A stretch of 63,905 nucleotides of DNA, filler included, from Octopus bimaculoides (GCF_001194135.2; 7 parts of 7 records of this genome joined end to end with filler, not necessarily neighbours in it), one strand, 5' to 3'. Counted from the first letter of the whole stretch, positions 37,006-49,164 are shown. Program-made: numbers and translations. The notes: generated by a model not told the origin, from the sequence alone.

Positions 37006-37925
37006 GGCATGTTGATATAATGTATGTGTTTGTGTGTTGATGTAATGTGTTTTTATGTTCGTATAATCGTAAACGTATCTGCTTAAGGCAGTTATTCTCT
37101 TTTACATGCATATCGCTTCATGTTCATTTTTGAATATGTTGGTTGCTATACTTCTTCCGTCTAACTTAAACGTCGAGTGGTCAGGGTGTTTGCTGGATAA
37201 CTGCGAATTTCTTCGTTCGATTCCACTGCGTGGAATCTTGGGCAATTGTTTTTTGACCATAGTTTCTGGACGACTCAAGCCTTGTAAGCAAATTTGAATA
37301 TCAATGAACGGAAAATGAGTAGAGAAACTGTACCTCTAATTCAAATCCACCTGCGTCACACCCAGTTATGGTAATTCTGACTCAGAATTACATTACTGAT
37401 ACAAGTATATTCGGATTATTCAGCCAGTCGTATTATAATTCAATGAGTAAATCTATTTACATTATGCTTATTAGTTTACAGTATTCAGATCTGGTTTAGA
37501 ATAATGAGAACACCATGACTACAAAAGGCATATCGACTTCGTATTTGCGAAGCTCAACTTTGAGAGAACAATCTATGTATAGATGCATACATAAGTTGTA
37601 AGCAAATATTATACATTTTTACTACTGCCTGTTATACTTAATCCCGTACAGCAACAGTAGTTAGTAAATAGCATCCTTATTCTGTTGTCGTTGATAGCAA
37701 GAGCTAGCCCAAAGCAGTATTTCAAAATATTGCTATGTGAACACAGTTCTTTCATTCGCTGAGGAGACTGATTTATATATATATATAATTATATTATAAG
37801 ATCTGGTAATTAGTCATATATTAATATATTAATTAATATCGATTAATTATCAGGGGGCCAGCACATTTAAAGAATCAAAGAGATTCAGAAATATTATCTG
37901 CCATCTCAAGGGATTAAGGTACATT

Positions 37926-38121
37926 TTAAAAATAACGTCGACCACTAACGTGGACAATTAATGCGCTAGAAATAGATCACATTTTGTGTCTATTAAGACC
38001 TAAAAAGTTCTCAACATGAAATATATTTCATGTTGAGAACTTTTTAGGTCTTAATAGACACAAAATGTGATCTATTTCTAGCGCATTAATTGTCCACGTT
38101 AGTGGTCGACGTTATTTTTAA
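37926..38121. repeat. Perfect 196-bp palindrome with no spacer
   Basis: 98-bp arms centred between 38023 and 38024 (CATGAAATA|TATTTCATG). Confidence 0.97.
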
Positions 38122-38899
38122 TATATATATATATATGCGAGATAGAAAAGAACATGGTGACTTGGTAATCCTTTATTCCCGTTGTTACACATGCATCAGA
38201 GAGCACAGAGATAAACTTTATATATCCACAGGTAATCCATCCAAACCAGAGAGTACACAACTCCTGCAGCTCATAGAGAGAGGAACCTGATCAAATTTAT
38301 TCGTTATTTTTAATCTTGAAAGAAGAAGAAGAAGAAGAAGAAGAAGAAGAAGAAGAAGAAGAAGAAGAAGAAGAAGAAGAAGAAGAAGAAGAAGAAGAAN
38401 NNNNNNNNNNNNNNNNNNNNNNNNNNNNNNNNNNNNNNNNNNNTTAATTAATTAANNNNNNNNNNNNNNNNNNNNNNNNNNNNNNNNNNNNNNNNNNNNC
38501 TACTACTACTACTACTACTACTACTACTAAGCCTAGTAAGGGCACGCATTTTAACCTTTTATTTTTACTCTCTCTGTATCTCTTTCTTCTCCTGCCTCCA
38601 CTTTCTCTAAATGATGTTATGCTTAAAAAGAGAATGCAGCCCATCAACCAACAGATCGGCAATTATTATACAGAGATAATTTCAGAACTATATGCTTTTT
38701 TTCTTGAATTCATTTTCAATTTAATGAAAAGTCTTTTTTGGATTCGAAACTGTCATTGTTTAATGTTGGGCAATTTAGGTTTTATTCGTTTAACTCTTTG
38801 GCTTATATTGTTTCGACGATGGCACTAACCTTCATCCATGTGAACTTGGTGGCGGTGTGATTCGTCCAGTGCTCGAAATGCGACAAAGATTTTATAACG

Positions 38900-40040
38900 G
38901 TGTGCCTGGCCTAGAGCTCAAAATGGGATGTAGTCATTGTTTCATGTCTGGCTTTACATATTCAGTTTGCTCAGCTCCCAGGCCTAGACTACTTCGATTA
39001 TGAAATGGTTTATCCCACTGCTTGTTTAAGATTTGAGAGTTTTTTTCTTCGTCTGAAAAAGGATTAGGTCCTGCGACAAAATCTGAAAAACATGATCCAC
39101 TTGAAACACTCGTTGGCTCTGGACTAGGTTTATCTCTCCAGAGTTCTGCGATACTATCGTCAAAATCACGACTCCATCTCGAGGTGTCAGGGTCCCATGT
39201 ATCGAAAGGACTTACCTGATGTTCAAATTTTTCAGGATCAACTGTTATATTCATTGGGCTTTTGCAAGACCACCAACTGCTATCAGATAAATTTTGTGGT
39301 GGTTTGCCTGTCTCCGAGTTCGAATTGGAATGCAGGCTTCCCATTTGGAAAGGAGATTCTTGGTTTTGAAATTTTTCAGGATCAAATGTTATATCTGCTG
39401 CATTTATGAAAGACGACAAACTGGTGTCAGATGGACATGATGGCGGTGTGCTTGGCCTAGAGTTTAAAGTGGTATGTAGAGATTGTTTAATGTTTGGCTT
39501 TTCATATTCAGTTTGCTCAGCTCCCAAGCCTACACTACTTCGATTATGAAATGGTTTATCCCACTGCCTGTTTAAGATTTGAGAGTTTTTTTCTTCGTCT
39601 GAGAAAGGATTAGGTCCTGCGACAAAATCTGAAAAACATGATCCACTTGAAACACTCGTTGGCTCTGGACTAGGTTTATCTCTCCAGAGTTCTGCGATAC
39701 TATCGTCAAAATCACGACTCCATCTCGAGGTGTCAGGGTCCCATGTATCGAAAGGACTTACCTGATGTTCAAATTTTTCAGGATCAACTGTTATATTCAT
39801 TGGGCTTTTGCAAGACCACCAACTGCGATCAGATAAATTTTGTGGTGGTGTGCCTGTCTCTGAGTTCGAATTGGAATGTAGGCTTCCCATTTGGAAAGGA
39901 GATTCTTGGTTTTGAAATTCTTCAGGATCAAATGTTATATCTGTTGCATTTATGAAAGACGACAAACTGGTGTCAGATGGACTTGATGGCGGCGCGCTTG
40001 GCCTAGAGCTCAAAATAGGTTGTTCAGTTTGCTCAGATGT
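38900..40040 (-). repeat. 546-bp (182-codon) tandem duplication inside the ORF, plus a short third partial copy
   Basis: Period 546 bp; about 16 substitutions and no indels over ~520 aligned bp by manual count. Confidence 0.95.
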
Positions 40041-40955
40041 ATGTGAACTAAATTGGAATGGTGGTGAATATGAATTTAGTTGTGTGGAAAAATTACAATT
40101 GTGTGAATTCGAAAAGATCCGACGTTCCCGAGGTGCTGAAACTTTGTTCTCAGAAATTCTTTTAAATGGAAAGATTGTTTTTCTTTCATGTGCGTTATAT
40201 GGCATATGTGCCAATGACGTTGTGTATGGTCGTGACGCTATACGCGCAGGGTATAGTTTAGGTAGATGGAGGCGAGGTTTTTCTTGTGTTATGAAATGGT
40301 GGTACTCTTCAAAAGGCCTTCTGTTTGACGAAATTTCATCATTATTTTCCTTCTTAGAATATTTGAGAGCACAAAGCAATGAGTAAGGTAACTTAGTTAC
40401 ACTATTTCGAATAATTTCTGTGGGATGTAGGTTTATTCTTGATGTCGAACATACTTTCTTTCCTTTGGTCATGCATTTTTTATTCGTTGCAAAATTATCC
40501 TCGTCTTTCTTTGGTACACATTTATCTTGTTCTACGATTCCGTTGTTTGATTTAACTGCATAGCTGTCAGGATTGACACCCTCTTCTCTATTCAAAGTCT
40601 TACATTCCAGTCTGTTGTTTTCATTCACGTCCTTATCGTCTGCTACTCCACACGTACAACATATCTCTGTGTTCTCGCCTTTTGATTCACCATCATTGTT
40701 TAATTGTTTATTGTTTTGACTTTTCTCGACACCTATTTCAATCGTTTCCATCACACCATCAACATCATTCTCAATTGTATTTTCACGATCGTTATCTTGA
40801 GAACCAATATGTCCAATATTATCTTCTGTAAAATCGCCGCATTTGTTTAGTCGTGTACTTTTGAATAACTCCTCATTTAGATCGTCTGAATATTGTGAAT
40901 GATCAGCCATTTTTTCAGTTTGGGAGCAGAGGTGTTCATAGCTCGAAAAACTCAT
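38934..40955 (-). CDS. Uncharacterised 673-aa (658 aa from the second Met at 40910) disordered Ser/Pro/acidic protein with two 182-aa repeats
   Basis: Only long uninterrupted non-repeat ORF in the window (2022 bp). Acceptor-like TTTCACAG immediately upstream (40966-40959); the second ATG has good context (AAAATGG). No TE or enzyme motifs recognised. Confidence 0.7.
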   Translation of the reverse strand: MSFSSYEHLCSQTEKMADHSQYSDDLNEELFKSTRLNKCGDFTEDNIGHIGSQDNDRENTIENDVDGVMETIEIGVEKSQNNKQLNNDGESKGENTEICCTCGVADDKDVNENNRLECKTLNREEGVNPDSYAVKSNNGIVEQDKCVPKKDEDNFATNKKCMTKGKKVCSTSRINLHPTEIIRNSVTKLPYSLLCALKYSKKENNDEISSNRRPFEEYHHFITQEKPRLHLPKLYPARIASRPYTTSLAHMPYNAHERKTIFPFKRISENKVSAPRERRIFSNSHNCNFSTQLNSYSPPFQFSSHTSEQTEQPILSSRPSAPPSSPSDTSLSSFINATDITFDPEEFQNQESPFQMGSLHSNSNSETGTPPQNLSDRSWWSCKSPMNITVDPEKFEHQVSPFDTWDPDTSRWSRDFDDSIAELWRDKPSPEPTSVSSGSCFSDFVAGPNPFSDEEKNSQILNRQWDKPFHNRSSVGLGAEQTEYEKPNIKQSLHTTLNSRPSTPPSCPSDTSLSSFINAADITFDPEKFQNQESPFQMGSLHSNSNSETGKPPQNLSDSSWWSCKSPMNITVDPEKFEHQVSPFDTWDPDTSRWSRDFDDSIAELWRDKPSPEPTSVSSGSCFSDFVAGPNPFSDEEKNSQILNKQWDKPFHNRSSLGLGAEQTEYVKPDMKQ

Positions 40956-41329
40956 TCACTGTGAAATTCAAACCGGTCACCTCAGATTGACTGTCAATGG
41001 ATAGAAATCACACTAAATGATTTATTGTTTTACTTTCAACTGTGACGTCACCAATGAATGTGACAGTCATTCACGCTGTAGTAATAGTGGTAATAGTAAT
41101 GTTATCGCTATCACTTTACTCTTGCTGCTAATATGAATATTATGTTATACATACAACAACTGCTAATGGCACAATCAGTGAAACAATAAACAAAATGTTT
41201 AGCTGTTTTTAGTTACGTATATTTCCGTTCTGCGTTCAAACACCCTTGGTAAAATAAGCACTAATAAAATACTGAAGTAGACTTTAATCAGCTATCTCTT
41301 TATCATAAATTTGTGGTTTTGTGTTTATG

Positions 41330-41800
41330 TTAAAATTCATTGTTATATCTGATCGATTTCGCACAGAAAGACGAGCCCCTCATATATCTACCTAGAATTC
41401 GAAAAAACTGGCAGAATTTGCTTTTATCAGACAATATTATAAGCGACTAATATTTGTTTTCTTTCTTACAGGACTCTTTAGTTCAGCTGAACCTTTTGGT
41501 CTTATTAGTTTTTGAAATCATTGGCTTCTTTCTCGAAAGACTTGGTTCATATTTAAGAACCTTCAATACCGTTCTTACACAATGTGGGTAACATATCCAT
41601 AGAATTTACTACCTCTGTTACAGTTACACATTGGTGTTTGATAACTTCCATTTTAATTAGCTTTTTCGCCCTCTATAGAGCTTTCTGCAGCCTTTCAGAT
41701 CTGTTCATTACCCCCCAAAATACTCTTCTTCAATCCACCTCTTGACTATGTTATTCACATAGCTACAAATAACAACCGAGTCGCCCCGAAATCATAGCCA
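41330..41800 (-). mobile_element. Tc1-like transposase fragment, decayed
   Basis: CVRTVLKVLKYEPSLSRKKPMISKTNKTKRFS*TKE (RKKP.IS..N..KR..WA.E) followed by ILSDKSKF (FSDESKF, first catalytic Asp). Confidence 0.65.
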
Positions 41801-42035
41801 ACTGTTTTATGTTGAACAGGTGCCGGCTTTGGGAAATGATAGTTGCTGAAACTTGTATCTGGAAGGATCTATAATTTTAACATATAAACGTCTTTGGAAA
41901 GTTGTTCTCTATAGAAGTGAAAGATTTGCGAAGTTCATGACAGTAACAATAGTAGCAACAGTGAACTTTTGCGTTATGAAAAATTTGTCTCCAAGATAGA
42001 TGTTAGAGAACTGGTCAACAGCATGAACAAATATC

Positions 42036-43260
42036 ATTCTGCCTGTCTCCTTTTTCTCAATATACAATATCTGTACACCACTTTAAACACTACACTACAC
42101 TACACTACACTACACACACGCACACATACGCGCGCGCACACATACGCGCGCGCACACACACACACACACAACGCATATACCACCTTTATTCAACTGAAGC
42201 AACAAAATTTGAAAAAATCTAACGATAACCTACGTTGACAAGTAGTAATGGTTGTGGAATAAGTTAGCGTATCATGATATTTCGGGCATGACTCTGTCGA
42301 AGAATAACAGATATTTCAATGAAGGACTATGTCCAAAATCTTCTAGTTCTTCTTTTTTCTTTACAGCCAACTAACAGTTCAGTTGTATCTACCGTCTCTG
42401 GATGAACTTTGAAATGATGGTGATGCCAAAACAACACAAAGTCAATATTGATAAACTTCTACTATTCTTTCTTTTTTCCTTCTATAAGCAAATAATAAAG
42501 AGTGTGAGTGACGATGATTGGAGACACTTATTATTCATAAGGATTCTTCAAAAAAGATTAAACTACAGACAAGCAGTTTTTATTGTCTGGCCTTATGAAT
42601 GTGAGTGAGTATGTATGTATGTATGTATGTATGCATGCAGAATATATGGGACTTGGTTTTACAGTGTAAAGGAATATACATTTTCATAGGACTTTGAACT
42701 TTNNNNNNNNNNNNNNNNNNNNNNNNNNNNNNNNNNNNNNNNNNNNNNNNNNNNNNNNNNNNNNNNNNNNNNNNNNNNNNNNNNNNNNNNNNNNNNNNNN
42801 NNNNNNNNNNNNNNNNNNNNNNNNNNNNNNNNNNNNNNNNNNNNNNNNNNNNNNNNNNNNNNNNNNNNNNNNNNNNNNNNNNNNNNNNNNNNNNNNNNNN
42901 NNNNNNNNNNNNNNNNNNNNNNNNNNNNNNNNNNNNNNNNNNNNNNNNNNNNNNNNNNNNNNNNNNNNNNNNNNNNNNNNNNNNNNNNNNNNNNNNNNNN
43001 NNNNNNNNNNNNNNNNNNNNNNNNNNNNNNNNNNNNNNNNNNNNNNNNNNNNNNNNNNNNNNNNNNNNNNNNNNNAAAAAAAACAACAAAAAAACATCCG
43101 ATTCCTATAAATGAACAACGAAACGTTATCTTTTTACCATTTTGATTTTGATTTTGTGTGGACGAGATCGAAAATGAACGAAAGCGCTAATAGAGGATTA
43201 TCCAAAATTCTGCCTGTCTCCCTTTTCTCAATATACAATATCTGTATACCACTTTAAACA

Positions 43261-43298
<38 letters not shown>

Positions 43299-43501
43299 CG
43301 CATATACCACCTTTATTCAACTGAAGCAACACAATTTGAAAAAATCTAACGATAACCTACGTTGACAAGTAGTAAAGGTAGTGGAATAAGTTAGCGGGCA
43401 TGAGTCTGTCGAAGAATAACAGATATTTCAATGGAGGACTATGTCCAAAATCTTCTAGTTCTTTTTTCGTTACAGTCAACTAACAGTTCAGTTGTATCTA
43501 C
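42036..43501. repeat. Direct repeat pair 42036-42392 and 43207-43501
   Basis: ATTCTGCCTGTCTCC..(CA)n..ACGCATATACCACC..GTTGTATCTAC is shared at high identity, separated by ~810 bp including a gap. Confidence 0.85.
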
Positions 43502-44293
43502 TGTTATATTCATTTTTTTTAACGTTCATGTCATTGAGTTGACGGTGTTTTGGGAAAGTAACATCAAGTGATCGCATAAAAGAATTGAATCAGGTGGGGT
43601 GTAGCGTTAGGTTTGGCTGGTTTTGAACTTAGGAAGAATAGCAGATATTGATTGGCGAACTGCAGAACGAGCAGAGAATGCTTCATCTTGGAAGAGGTAA
43701 ATGCTCGTGAGAAAAACAGTAACGCTGATTAAGAATCCTCAAAAACTTGAGTGATTACACAAATAATCACTGCATTTGTTTGAGTGATTACAGTGGTCCC
43801 TAGTTTGATATAATGATGTTAACGATTACAAGAAAAATTAAAAAGAAAAAAGTATATTGCAGAGCAATATACTGGTTGTATCATTGTTGTTTGGGACTGC
43901 TGGTGTGTCGAAATGTCGAAATGCCCGAAATATACAGCAAATGACGACTTCCATGTTGCATAAATAATTTCCAACGATGTGTAACCTCTCCACTCATAGC
44001 TTTTACGAGTGTAACTCATGTCAATCATTTAATATTGACTGGAATGAAAGTGCATCATATATGGCCCTTAAGAAGAATAACAATCTAGCTCCTTCGTTTT
44101 CTCGTCTGTATGGCAGGTTTCTTTGCTAACTACACACCGCCTGTCCTTATTATTCTGGCAGGATATTCATTTGCTTTGCATCAGTCTCTGTTAAGTAGTA
44201 TTCTTTTAAATAATTTATTCATGAGAAAGTCGCCGTTTCCATTGCCCGGGCAATCCTTACAACTAGTCATCTCAGAGAACAGAGTTCATACTG

Positions 44294-44538
44294 TTGGGTT
44301 GGTGCATAATTATTGCGGCTTTTTTTCAACAAATTTGATTCAACAAAAACTATAGCATGTAACAAAAACATCTTTAAATAATTATTCCGGAGCATATTCA
44401 CCATCTACTTCAATTACTGCTTCCCATTTGCTTGGCAGACGGTCAGACCGTCATTTAAAGATGTTTTTGTTATATATTGTTGTTTTTGTAGAATAAAATT
44501 TGTTGAAAAAAAGCCGCAATAATTATGCACCAACGTAA
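44294..44538 (-). mobile_element. Mariner-derived MITE
   Basis: TIR of about 50 bp (TTGGTGCATAATTATTGCGGCTTTTTTTCAAC..), Hsmar1/MADE1-like; TA on the right flank; internal DRLPSKWEAVIEVDGEYAPE* resembles the mariner C-terminus. Confidence 0.88.
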
Positions 44539-44695
44539 TAGTAGTACGAGAATAGGATTCAGGCTTCAAGATAGTTTACTATGGGGCCGAGGTTAGATTT
44601 GGTACAGAATTAGAATAGTGTTTGAGTTCGATACTTCCCATCACAACCTTGTTACCAAATTTACTCTAAAATCAAAAAGAGAACGAGAACATACA

Positions 44696-44726
<31 letters not shown>

Positions 44727-44739
44727 TCTGTGTCTTTCT

Positions 44740-45030
44740 CTCATTCTATGGGAGATATCACTACCCCTGACCATGGCACTGAGTACTTTCTTGCACTCGT
44801 CTTATGTCGTCTCTTATGCCGTCTCTCTCATCCTCTGATAGTGACTTCTCTTCCTCGAACGTAGGTAACCTCATAACATTTGCAATAATGCTCTCCAGAT
44901 TCATCTGTCTCTCCGTCTCATATCAGCCATATTGCATCGCCACCCAAACACTCCCCGCTAACAATTACCCGCGTTTGGTCATTTCTTAGAACACCGAGCC
45001 TCAAGAATTTTTCCATAGTGATGGAGATAC
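44740..45030 (+). mobile_element. CR1-clade LINE 3' fragment
   Basis: Shares CTTATGCC.TCTCTCTCA.CCTCTGATAGTGACTTCTCTT.CTCGAACGTAGGT with the end of the RT fragment at 47015-47075. Confidence 0.45.
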
Positions 45031-45129
45031 CCATCTACTATAATAATACTCTTGTGTTTTTCTCCGTCACAACATATGAATAAGGAAGGAAAGGGTGATG
45101 GCAAACTGGTAGTCTGGATGGTGGACATT

Positions 45130-45776
45130 CAACGCTGAAAAGAAAAATCAAGCAGTGTTTCAACTCTGTGTGAGTATATGTGTTTGTATGCAAAAGGGAG
45201 GTATGTGAATGCGTGTGTGTGTGTGTGTGTGTGTGTAGTGGAAGTGGGATGGTAAACATTCAACGCTGAAAAGAAAAATCAAACAGCGTTTCAACTCTGT
45301 GTGAGTTTATGTGTTTGTATGTAAAAGGGAGGTATGTGAATGCTTGTGTGTGTGTGTGNNNNNNNNNNNNNNNNNNNNNNNNNNNNNNNNNNNNNNNNNN
45401 NNNNNNNNNNNNNNNNNNNNNNNNNNNNNNNNNNNNNNNNNNNNNNNNNNNNNNNNNNNNNNNNNNNNNNNNNNNNNNNNNNNNNNNNNNNNNNNNNNNN
45501 NNNNNNNNNNNNNNNNNNNNNNNNNNNNNNNNNNNNNNNNNNNNNNNNNNNNNNNNNNNNNNNNNNNNNNNNNNNNNNNNNNNNNNNNNNNNNNNNNNNN
45601 NNNNNNNNNNNNNNNNNNNNNNNNNNNNNNNNNNNNNNNNNNNNNNNNNNNNNNNNNNNNNNNNNNNNNNNNNNNNNNNNNNNNNNNNNNNNNNNNNNNN
45701 NNNNNNNNNNNNNNNNNNNNNNNNNNNNNNNNNNNNNNNNNNNNNNNNNNNNNNNNNNNNNNNNNNNNNNNNNNNN

Positions 45777-45829
<53 letters not shown>

Positions 45830-46040
45830 TGGAAGTGGGATGGTAAGCATTCAACGCCGAAAAGAAAAATCAAACAGCGTTTCAACTCTGTGTGAGTTTA
45901 TGTGTTTGTATGTAAAAGGGAGGTATGTGAATGCTTGTGTGTGTGTGTGTGTGCGTGTGTGAGTGTAGTGGAAGTGGGATGGTAAACATTCAACGCTGAA
46001 AAGAAAAATCAAACAGCGTTTCAACTCTGTGTGAGTATAC
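45130..46040. repeat. Minisatellite, 131-139-bp unit containing (GT)n
   Basis: Unit starts CAACGCTGAAAAGAAAAATC at 45130, 45261, 45852 and 45991; the gap 45359-45776 could hide more units. Confidence 0.9.
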
Positions 46041-46149
46041 GTGTGTATGTGTGTGCGTGTACAAGGGATGTATGTGAATGTTTGTATCTGTGATTATTAT
46101 GTACCTTATTTTGTACCTTATTTATAGATAGAATACTACAATTAGCTGT

Positions 46150-47075
46150 CATTTTTGACGGCACGGGGCCAGCTACTTAAAAATGACCTGCGATACATTG
46201 AATCTCTCTCCCTTCACAATAACCACCAGTATGACACCCGTTCAGGCAGATCTACAACATCCGTAAAGCTTCGCCTGTGTCGGGTATGCAAGTCTCTGCA
46301 ATGCTGCCAGCTTACGAATACAATCCATTTCTCGTCTCTTGACTCAATGGCTTCAGGTAAGACAGCGCCATTGGAGTGAATGCTTATAAACTTTCTCTGA
46401 CTAGGGCGCCATCAAATCAGGTGTTTCCCAACACACGACTTGGTCCCTCATAATCTTCCTCTTATATATCAACAACCTACTTGTTGTCTCGCCAACTACG
46501 CCTATTCTTGTGCAGACGATATCAACTTTCATTCATTTCTAATCTTCCACACTCAAGCAACCTATAGTACTCACTCAAAACTTGCAATGACACCATAAAC
46601 AAGGTCCTTAGAACAATTCTTCAATGTGGCCATGCTAGCCTTGTCTCCTTTAACAGCACAAACACGTAGCCACTACATATATCACGAACACACAATTGCA
46701 ACCCTTTTTAAACACGGACGGTATGACATTAGAACACCCCCAAAGTCACGAAAAACCCTGAGTCAAGCAGTCACGAAGGATCTCCCCTGGTGAATGCGTA
46801 ACTTAACATTACCAAATAAAGCATCGCAAATTTCCTTCCAATTCCAAGCTGAAGCATCTTCATCCCTGTCAACTATGAAGTTATGATGACAGCCTCAATG
46901 GAAACGATTCTGTTGCTATACATACAGACATCCTAAACCGAATCCAAATAGATACCATTTCAAATGATCGGTACAATGTCACCAGGGAACTATTATGCCC
47001 CTGATCTTATTATGCTTTCCCTTATGCCTTCTCTCTCACCCTCTGATAGTGACTTCTCTTTCTCGAACGTAGGTC
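46150..47075 (+). mobile_element. CR1-clade LINE RT fragment, decayed
   Basis: HNNHQYDTRSGRSTTS (NQ.GFR.GRST), IKSGVSQ...LIIFLLYINNL...YSCADD. Confidence 0.7.
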
Positions 47076-47084
47076 GAACGCACC

Positions 47085-47609
47085 GGGGTCGATATAATTG
47101 ACTTAATCCCTTTGTCTGTCTTTGTTTAGCCCCTTGTGGGCAATAAAGAAATAAGAAATGTTAGTACACCAGGTGAAATGCTTAACAGTATTTCGTCTAT
47201 CTTTACGTTCTGAGTTCAAATTCCACCGAGGGCAACTTTGCCTTTCATCCTTTCGGGTCGATCTAATCGAAAGGCCCCCTCCCCAAATATTTCGAACCTT
47301 GTGCCTAGAGTAGAAAAGAATATCGTACCAAAGTTTAAGGCAAGAAACTAGCAGAATCGTAAGCACGCTGGGGTAAAATGCATGACGGCATTTTGTCCGT
47401 CTTTACGTTCTGAGTTCAACTTCGACCGGGGTCAACTTTGGCATTCATTCTTTTAGGGTCGATAAAATAGGTACCGGTTGAACAATGGCGTCGCTGTAAT
47501 TGACTTACTCCCTTCGTCGAACTTGCTGCCCTTGGGCTAAAATTTAAAACATATAGGCCCAGGAGTGGCTGTGTGGTAAGTAGCTTGCTTACCAACGACA
47601 TGGTTCTGG
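47085..47609 (+). mobile_element. Cluster of SINE B fragments plus the start of a SINE A head
   Basis: Repeated CTTTACGTTCTGAGTTCAA and GGGGTCGAT modules; GGAGTGGCTGTGTGGTAAG head cut by a spacer. Confidence 0.75.
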
Positions 47610-48289
47610 NNNNNNNNNNNNNNNNNNNNNNNNNNNNNNNNNNNNNNNNNNNNTTAATTAATTAANNNNNNNNNNNNNNNNNNNNNNNNNNNNNNNNNNN
47701 NNNNNNNNNATAATTTAATAACATCAAATTTATCACTTTACTGCTTTATACTCACCTATATTGATGCTTGGCCTGAAGTATCTCCACGATTTGGTAAATT
47801 CTTTGTTTGGTTTAAATCTTTTGTTTAATCTTTATGCTTTTGTTACGGTGCTTTTATTTTCTTAACTACTAATGTTTATTTTTGTTGTTTTTCAGGCATA
47901 TATATTTGTAGTTTTCTTTCGATTTGTTTTTCTGGTTATTCTGTTTTTTACTCTATTACGTGTTACTTTCTATTTCTTTTCAAATTGGATTTCTGCTGAC
48001 TACTTGTGTTGCAAGAAATATAATTTACGAAGGAACGAAGTATCTATGGGGCATTTTTCATATATAGAACTTGAGTGAATACACTTACAGATAGACACAA
48101 GCACACGCATATACACATGTACACACACATGTATTGATAGCGATGTAGACAGAAAGGGGAAGATGAAAAGTTGGGGAGATTAGATGATAGATGAAAAAAT
48201 AGAGAAGTTAAAATATACACAATTAGAGTATAAAGAGACGCACACAAAGACAAATAGGTAAATTATTAGATAGACAGAGAGACAGATAA

Positions 48290-48374
<85 letters not shown>

Positions 48375-48929
48375 TAGGCAGGTAGGTAGGTAGGTAGGTA
48401 GGTAGGTAGGCAGGTAGGTAGGTAGGCAGGTAGGTNNNNNNNNNNNNNNNNNNNNNNNNNNNNNNNNNNNNNNNNNNNNNNNNNNNNNNNNNCAGGCAGG
48501 TAGGTAGGTAGGTAGGTAGGTAGGTAGGTAGGCAGGTAGGTAGGTAGGCAGGTAGGTTGGTAGGCAGGTAGGTAGGTAGGTAGGTAGGTAGAGATGTAGT
48601 TAGGTAGGTAGGTACGTGCGTGCATACATGCATGCATGCATCCATCCATCCACACAGACATACATGCATACATACATGCATACAAACATACAATGAAGCA
48701 TGCATGCTAATTGCAGGTTCTTGTCAGAAGACTACCAAGTCCTTACCGATCATGATCATGTGAACGCTAGTGGCTTTTTAGCTCGGCTTTTGTTCTGCAG
48801 AAACGTTGATAGATGTAACACTTATTTCTCTTTCCTAGTACATACGTATCTCGGTGCGTGAGATAGTAGAACTATCTCACAAGCTGATCGATTTATCCTA
48901 GCACATGCGACTTTAAATGGCTGACAAAT

Positions 48930-49150
48930 CCAGGAACCTTCCACACACGTTGCTCTTTATATCCTACTGGGTATTGCAGGCGCTGCACTTGAGTGGCGTC
49001 CATGGAGTGGTCGCTGCAATGCAGCTTACTCTATTCGCTTTTGCTTAAGGACAACACATCTCTACTTGATTGACTCTTTCCATGATGTACGGCTTTCAAC
49101 CAATGAGTCCCAGATAACCATATCAATCTGCAAGGCTTTAAAGGTTGCTT
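48930..49150 (-). mobile_element. Probable RTE LINE 3' end
   Basis: FKALQID..WDSLVESRTSW..LKQKR followed by a decayed terminal C2H2-like segment. Confidence 0.4.
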
Positions 49151-49164
49151 TTTATAACATTATT

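Noticed and set aside
41472-41587. Plus-strand exon-like open segment with strong acceptor
   Set aside because: It is the antisense of a Tc1 transposase fragment (RKKP.IS / SDKSKF).
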